From Bacteriovoracaceae bacterium (GTDB lineage: Bacteria; Bdellovibrionota; Bacteriovoracia; Bacteriovoracales; Bacteriovoracaceae), in NCBI GenBank assembly GCA_049599895.1, contig JBMYPC010000098.1:1-11585 (forward strand): a stretch of 11,585 nt of DNA, given 5' to 3'. The notes beneath the pieces are model-generated. The model saw only the letters and a list, made by a program, of their open reading frames with translations. It searched no databases and was not told the origin of the DNA. Below, one piece after another: positions 7,227 through 11,585 of this stretch; positions within the stretch are counted from its first letter, which is position 1, and each line of letters opens with the position of its first letter. The position numbers were made by a program, and so were the translations under genes.

Positions 7227-7646
7227 ATGCTTTTGAAGTACTTTTTTATCTTCTTCTTATTCTTATCTTGTGGACCACAAAAAGATGCAGGAGAACTCAC
7301 ATTCTTTAAGAGAAAAAATGAGCATTACAGCAAACTCATTAATAACAAAACAATCTCTGGAAAAGTTGAGTTAAAAAAAGAAGTTCATGTTGAAAACTCA
7401 AGCTATCCCATTGAACTTTCTCTTTATGAGAATGGTGAATTTTATTATCACCTGAAAAACTTAGGAGAAGGTAGAGGCACTTGGATACTTGAAGACACAC
7501 AAATCAAAATGTTCGCCAGAAGATCACTCTTTGATATGGCCATGCAAATCCTTTCAACAGATGAAGAAGGTCGTTCCTTTGTACTTACTTTTCGTGATCG
7601 CTTTGGCCCAAAACAACTCAAACTAAAAATCAATCACCCCAAATAG
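7227..7646 (+). CDS. Hypothetical lipoprotein (139 aa), beta-rich
   Basis: Type II signal peptide MLLKYFFIFFLFLS-C with lipobox FLSC, and AGGGGA upstream. The mature part has the strand pattern 'LSLYENGEFYY...GRGTW', reminiscent of lipocalin/NlpE-like barrels. Confidence 0.8.
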   Translation: MLLKYFFIFFLFLSCGPQKDAGELTFFKRKNEHYSKLINNKTISGKVELKKEVHVENSSYPIELSLYENGEFYYHLKNLGEGRGTWILEDTQIKMFARRSLFDMAMQILSTDEEGRSFVLTFRDRFGPKQLKLKINHPK

Positions 7647-7714
7647 ACTGATCTTTCTAGTCTCCTTTAGTCCAATGCAACTCAATTAAATTCTTACCTT
7701 CCGTCCGCTTTTAG

Positions 7715-7742
7715 TTGATCAAACGGTATTCTCTATTAAAAT
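7715..7742 (+). promoter_or_regulatory. Possible sigma70 promoter of the receiver-domain gene
   Basis: TTGATC (7715-7720), 16-nt spacer, TAAAAT (7737-7742), about 37 nt upstream of the ATG at 7780. Confidence 0.35.
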
Positions 7743-7779
7743 AACTGCATCCATATTTTTATTTTGGGATTAATAAAAA

Positions 7780-8205
7780 ATGCAATACGCAAAAAGCCTC
7801 ATTTTAGTTGATCAATCGAGACAGCGAAACAACTTAAGTTCTCGCTTAAGAATGTCTCAATTTAAAGTCGAGCTTGCGCTTGGCGGATTCCATGCCTTAA
7901 ACCTTATCGAGAATGGTGAGTTTGATGTCGTCCTCATTAAAAATGACCAAGAAGATATGTCAGCTAAAGAACTCGTGGGCCTTATCCGCACTCGATGGGA
8001 TGAAAAAAAACTTCCCTCAGTAGTGCTGATGAAAAACCTCACTGAAGAAGAGAACGCTGAAATCATAGACTTTGGGGCCAACTTTTGTTTCGAAGCTTCC
8101 ACTGATTATATTGATGTTCTTAAAACTCTCCAGACTCTTGTGGATGAGAAGGTCAAAAACACAAAAAAGAAAAAAGGAAAAAAAACCGTTAAACCACAAA
8201 AATAA
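7780..8205 (+). CDS. Atypical (pseudo) response-regulator receiver domain protein with Lys-rich tail
   Basis: The receiver (alpha/beta)5 pattern is present: LILVD...GGFHALNLI...FDVVLI...DMSAKELVGLIR...LPSVVL...DFGANFCF. The phosphoacceptor position is Lys, and the conserved Thr/Ser and Lys-Pro are absent. Confidence 0.8.
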   Translation: MQYAKSLILVDQSRQRNNLSSRLRMSQFKVELALGGFHALNLIENGEFDVVLIKNDQEDMSAKELVGLIRTRWDEKKLPSVVLMKNLTEEENAEIIDFGANFCFEASTDYIDVLKTLQTLVDEKVKNTKKKKGKKTVKPQK

Positions 8206-8230
8206 TTACAAATTCTTCCAATTTTGCGCT

Positions 8231-8259
8231 TTGCAAACAGTTATTAAAGCAGTCATACT
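8231..8259 (+). promoter_or_regulatory. Putative sigma70 promoter of the 137-aa gene
   Basis: TTGCAA (8231-8236), 17-nt spacer, CATACT (8254-8259). RBS GGAG at 8292-8295. Confidence 0.45.
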
Positions 8260-8303
8260 GTTTAACATATTGAATTTGGTTCATTTAGCATGGAGTTAGC
8301 GGA

Positions 8304-8717
8304 ATGAAGTTTCTAGTCTCTGGTATTGTTACATCGTTATTTATACTTAACGCCCAAGCAAAAGTTTTGCACCCAGTCACTGACGACACACCAAAAGATT
8401 CTATCGGCTGGTACCATACGTCTTTGGTGCCTTCTCAAGAAACAATAATTGAAGAAAAGAAACCAGCAGTTGCTCCTATAATTAAAAAAGTCGCTAAGAA
8501 AGTTAAGCCTAAGCCAGCTGTTGTTAAGCGCCGTCCTATTGCCCGCTACATTCCACCAAAGAAAGTTGAAAAACCACTTACTGAACTTGAAAGACTAAGA
8601 CTTTTAAGAGCAAAGCTCGTTCGCCAAAACAACTCCTACTCAAGTATGCGTATGAAAGCGATGCGAGATGAGAAAGAAAGAGAAATTGCTTTCGCTGAAG
8701 AAATCCAGAGCTTTTAA
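8304..8717 (+). CDS. Secreted hypothetical protein (137 aa), Lys/Pro-rich linker and C-terminal helical region
   Basis: GGAG RBS and a signal peptide ending in AQA. The low-complexity stretch KKPAVAPIIKKVAKKVKPKPAVVKRRP is followed by a charged helical C-terminus. Confidence 0.78.
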   Translation: MKFLVSGIVTSLFILNAQAKVLHPVTDDTPKDSIGWYHTSLVPSQETIIEEKKPAVAPIIKKVAKKVKPKPAVVKRRPIARYIPPKKVEKPLTELERLRLLRAKLVRQNNSYSSMRMKAMRDEKEREIAFAEEIQSF

Positions 8718-8774
8718 TCTTTAAACTTTTGCGGCGCAAATACCGCTCAAAAGCTACCTCCTCTAAATCTTCTA

Positions 8775-8804
8775 TGCTATCATCCTCACTTATTATTGAG
8801 GTGA
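8775..8804 (+). promoter_or_regulatory. Possible extended -10 promoter and strong Shine-Dalgarno of leuS
   Basis: TG-C-TATCAT at 8775-8783, GAGGTGA at 8798-8804, ATG at 8808. Confidence 0.45.
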
Positions 8805-8807
8805 TAT

Positions 8808-11219
8808 ATGCAATACGAATTTTCAAAAATTGAAGCCAAGTGGCAAAAGTACTGGGACGAGAATAAAACTTTTAAAGCAGAGATTGATAAATCAAGGCCA
8901 AAGTTTTACGCGCTCGATATGTTCCCCTATCCATCTGGCTCAGGTCTTCACGTAGGGCATCCTGAGGGCTATACCGCAACAGATATCATCTCACGTTATA
9001 AAAGAATGAAGGGCTTTAATGTTCTTCATCCTATGGGTTGGGATAGTTTTGGGCTTCCTGCTGAAAACTACGCTATTAAAACTGGTACTCATCCAGACGT
9101 GATTACAAAACAAAATATCGAGACCTTTAAACGCCAATTAAAGATGCTTGGTTTCAGTTATGACTGGGACCGAGAAATTGCAACCTCTGATAAAGATTAT
9201 TATCGCTGGACTCAGTGGATCTTCGTTCAACTTTATAATAAAGGTCTCGCCTACGAAGATGAGATCCAAGTGAACTGGTGTCCGGCCCTTAAGACAGTTC
9301 TTGCAAATGAAGAAGTGATCGATGGCAAATCTGAAGTTGGCGGGCATGAAGTTGTTCGAAAGCCCATGAAACAGTGGATGCTTAAGATCACAGAATATGC
9401 AGAGAAACTTCTTGAAGACCTTGATGATCTTGATTGGCCAGAAAACATCAAAGAGATGCAAAGAAACTGGATTGGAAAATCTGAAGGAGCTGAAGTCACT
9501 TTTAAAATTAAAGGACTTTCTGATGATCAAAGCCTTAAAGTTTTCACCACAAGACCAGATACTCTTTTTGGTGCCACTTATATGGTTCTTGCTCCAGAGC
9601 ATGACCTTGTTTCTCAAATTACAACTGATGAAAATAAAGACAAAGTTAAAGCTTACCTTGAAGCGACGGCCAAAAAATCTGACCTTGAAAGAACAGATCT
9701 TAATAAAGATAAAAGCGGAGTTTTCACAGGAGCCTACGGGATCAATCCTGTAAACAATGAAGAGATTCCAATTTGGATTGCTGATTACGTTCTTGCCAGT
9801 TATGGAACCGGAGCGATCATGGCCGTTCCTGCTCACGATACAAGAGACTGGGAATTTGCCAAGGCCCATAGCCTAGAAATTAAGCCAGTCCTTGAAGGCG
9901 GAAATGTTGAAGAAGAGGCCTTCACTGGAGATGGCACTCACATTAATTCAGATTTTCTCGATGGACTTAATAAAGTTGATGGCATTAATAGAATGATCTC
10001 TTGGCTTGAAGAGAAAAGCCTTGGAACAAAACAAACAAATTACAAACTCAGAGACTGGATCTTCTCAAGACAAAGGTATTGGGGGGAACCATTTCCACTC
10101 TTAAAGTTTGAAGATGGAACCGTGAGATGTCTTGAAGAAGATGAGCTTCCTGTTCTTCTTCCTCAAGTGGAATCTTATGAGCCATCTGGAACAGGAGAAT
10201 CACCTCTTGCGACAATTGATGAATGGCTTCATATTACAGACCCAAAAACCGGAAAGAAGGCCACAAGAGAAACCAATACCATGCCTCAATGGGCAGGGAG
10301 TTGTTGGTACTATTTAAGATACTGTGATCCCACTAATGACAGTGCTCCTTGGGATAAAGACCTTGAGAACTTTTGGATGCCAGTGGATCTTTACGTTGGT
10401 GGAGTTGAGCATGCTGTTCTTCACCTTCTCTATGCTAGGTTCTGGCATAAAGTTCTTTTTGATCTCGGTTTAGTCTCGACAAAAGAACCTTTTCAAAAAC
10501 TCGTCAATCAAGGAATGATTCTTGGTGAAGACGGTGAGAAAATGAGTAAATCACGTGGGAATGTGATCAACCCTGACCACGTTGTCACTGAAAGTGGAGC
10601 CGATAGTCTAAGACTCTATGAAATGTTCATGGGACCTCTTGAAAAAGTAAAACCTTGGCAAACCAATGGAGTAAAAGGAGTTCATAACTTCCTTTCAAAG
10701 TCTTATCGATTCTTTGCTGATTCAAGCAATATTAAAGCTGAAGGTGATGAAGACCCAGAAGTTTTAAAAGAGCTTCATAAATCAATCAAGAAAGTCTCTG
10801 ATGACATTGAAGCACTAAGATTTAACACCGCGATCTCACAGCTTATGGTTTTTACAAACCTTGCCACTAAAAAAGGCTCGGTCACAAAGAAGACGGCGGA
10901 AACTTTCACTCTTCTTCTCTCTCCTTTTGCTCCTCACGTAGGTGAAGAGATTTGGGAAAGACTAGGACATACTAAGACCAATACCTATGAGACATGGCCT
11001 GAGTTTGATGCTGAACTTGCCAAAGATGATCTCATCACCATGGCCATTCAGATCAATGGAAAAACTCGTGGGACAATCGAAGTTGAAGCAGACATTGCAA
11101 AAGACGAATTTCTTAAGAAGGTTAAAGAACTTCCGAATATTCAAAAATATCTTGAAGGGAAGAATCTTGTTAAAGAGATTTACGTACCAAAGAAAATTTG
11201 TAATTTAGTCGTTAAATAG
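8808..11219 (+). CDS. leuS: Leucine--tRNA ligase (class Ia)
   Basis: [19 protein letters not shown] (HIGH motif), [11 protein letters not shown], editing-domain [10 protein letters not shown] and [45 protein letters not shown], and C-terminal QINGKTRG. Confidence 0.99.
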   Translation: MQYEFSKIEAKWQKYWDENKTFKAEIDKSRPKFYALDMFPYPSGSGLHVGHPEGYTATDIISRYKRMKGFNVLHPMGWDSFGLPAENYAIKTGTHPDVITKQNIETFKRQLKMLGFSYDWDREIATSDKDYYRWTQWIFVQLYNKGLAYEDEIQVNWCPALKTVLANEEVIDGKSEVGGHEVVRKPMKQWMLKITEYAEKLLEDLDDLDWPENIKEMQRNWIGKSEGAEVTFKIKGLSDDQSLKVFTTRPDTLFGATYMVLAPEHDLVSQITTDENKDKVKAYLEATAKKSDLERTDLNKDKSGVFTGAYGINPVNNEEIPIWIADYVLASYGTGAIMAVPAHDTRDWEFAKAHSLEIKPVLEGGNVEEEAFTGDGTHINSDFLDGLNKVDGINRMISWLEEKSLGTKQTNYKLRDWIFSRQRYWGEPFPLLKFEDGTVRCLEEDELPVLLPQVESYEPSGTGESPLATIDEWLHITDPKTGKKATRETNTMPQWAGSCWYYLRYCDPTNDSAPWDKDLENFWMPVDLYVGGVEHAVLHLLYARFWHKVLFDLGLVSTKEPFQKLVNQGMILGEDGEKMSKSRGNVINPDHVVTESGADSLRLYEMFMGPLEKVKPWQTNGVKGVHNFLSKSYRFFADSSNIKAEGDEDPEVLKELHKSIKKVSDDIEALRFNTAISQLMVFTNLATKKGSVTKKTAETFTLLLSPFAPHVGEEIWERLGHTKTNTYETWPEFDAELAKDDLITMAIQINGKTRGTIEVEADIAKDEFLKKVKELPNIQKYLEGKNLVKEIYVPKKICNLVVK

Positions 11220-11585
11220 AAAGGTTTTTCTATACTGACTTGTTTTATCCATTGGGAGGATTAAGAGATTAAACTTAGTCCCCCAGTTACTCTTAAGACC
11301 GAATTGAAAGTCATGTCCTTCAATCTCAACTCCGTTTGAGTTGTCTCCAGAAAACTGACTGTATCCAAGAGCTATCGTCACTCCATTTCTCTCAGTTTGA
11401 TATTCACCAAAAACTTCTTCTAGAGATTTCCCCGAAAAGTTCTTAAGAGTTAAAGAGAAGTTAAACTTAGCCGCAATTCCCATTGTAAGACCAGACTCTG
11501 TTCCCCAAGCAATCTTCACAGGCTGACAAAAAACTTCTTTTTTATCTTTTGTCATCATGCTTTCATTGTGTTCTGTGGTTTTATT
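11205..11585 (-). CDS. Hypothetical protein, 5'-partial (possibly DUF992/DUF1134-like beta-rich protein)
   Basis: The frame stays open from the ATG at 11558 to the window edge (NKTTEHNES precedes MMTK), so the start is probably outside the window. It has the Gly/aromatic pattern 'GEY...GVTIALG...NSNGVEI...FGL'. Its 3' end overlaps the leuS 3' end by 15 bp. The family call is tentative. Confidence 0.62.
   Translation of the reverse strand, partial: NKTTEHNESMMTKDKKEVFCQPVKIAWGTESGLTMGIAAKFNFSLTLKNFSGKSLEEVFGEYQTERNGVTIALGYSQFSGDNSNGVEIEGHDFQFGLKSNWGTKFNLLILPMDKTSQYRKTFLFND

Noticed and set aside
8003..8185. A8 homopolymers (8003-8010, 8178-8185) as phase-variation tracts
   Set aside because: Short A runs encoding Lys are common in AT-rich genes, and the frame is intact.
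8726..8753. Intrinsic terminator after the 137-aa gene, or a T-box leader for leuS
   Set aside because: The stem CTTTTGCGG/CCGC(TC)AAAAG is bulged and has no following U tract. There is no T-box consensus and the gap is only 90 bp.
845..11208. Short alternative-frame and antisense ORFs (e.g. 845-1054, 2770-3012, 3629-4009, 7857-8102, 8072-8299, 8578-8826, 9138-9869, 9397-9753)
   Set aside because: They lie wholly or largely within well-supported genes, lack recognisable motifs and read as shadow frames.

Overview
AT-rich bacterial chromosomal segment. The gene set suggests a Bdellovibrionota (Bacteriovoracales-like) predator, but this is inference only. From left to right: (1) the 3' part (>=1078 codons, open at base 1) of a very large acidic Ser/Thr/Gly-rich surface protein, made of seven in-frame 330-bp/110-aa two-Cys Ig-like repeats plus three divergent Cys-containing C-terminal domains; (2) a tightly coupled secreted hypothetical protein; (3) a convergent membrane-anchored CheA-like kinase (2 TM, PAS-like, Hpt, HATPase, no CheW domain) behind a FliA/sigma28-like promoter; (4) an orphan miniature MotA/ExbB-like membrane protein; (5) a lipoprotein; (6) a pseudo-receiver protein; (7) a secreted Lys/Pro-rich protein; (8) leuS; (9) the 3' end of a convergent hypothetical gene. 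I see no RNA genes, mobile elements or CRISPR arrays. The most notable observations are the mosaic, higher-order repeat adhesin and its partner gene, the mini-MotA/CheA-like kinase pair that both end in ssrA-like '-AA' tails, and a hairpin that could sequester the leuS Shine-Dalgarno sequence. None of these can be shown to be a novel system from sequence alone.
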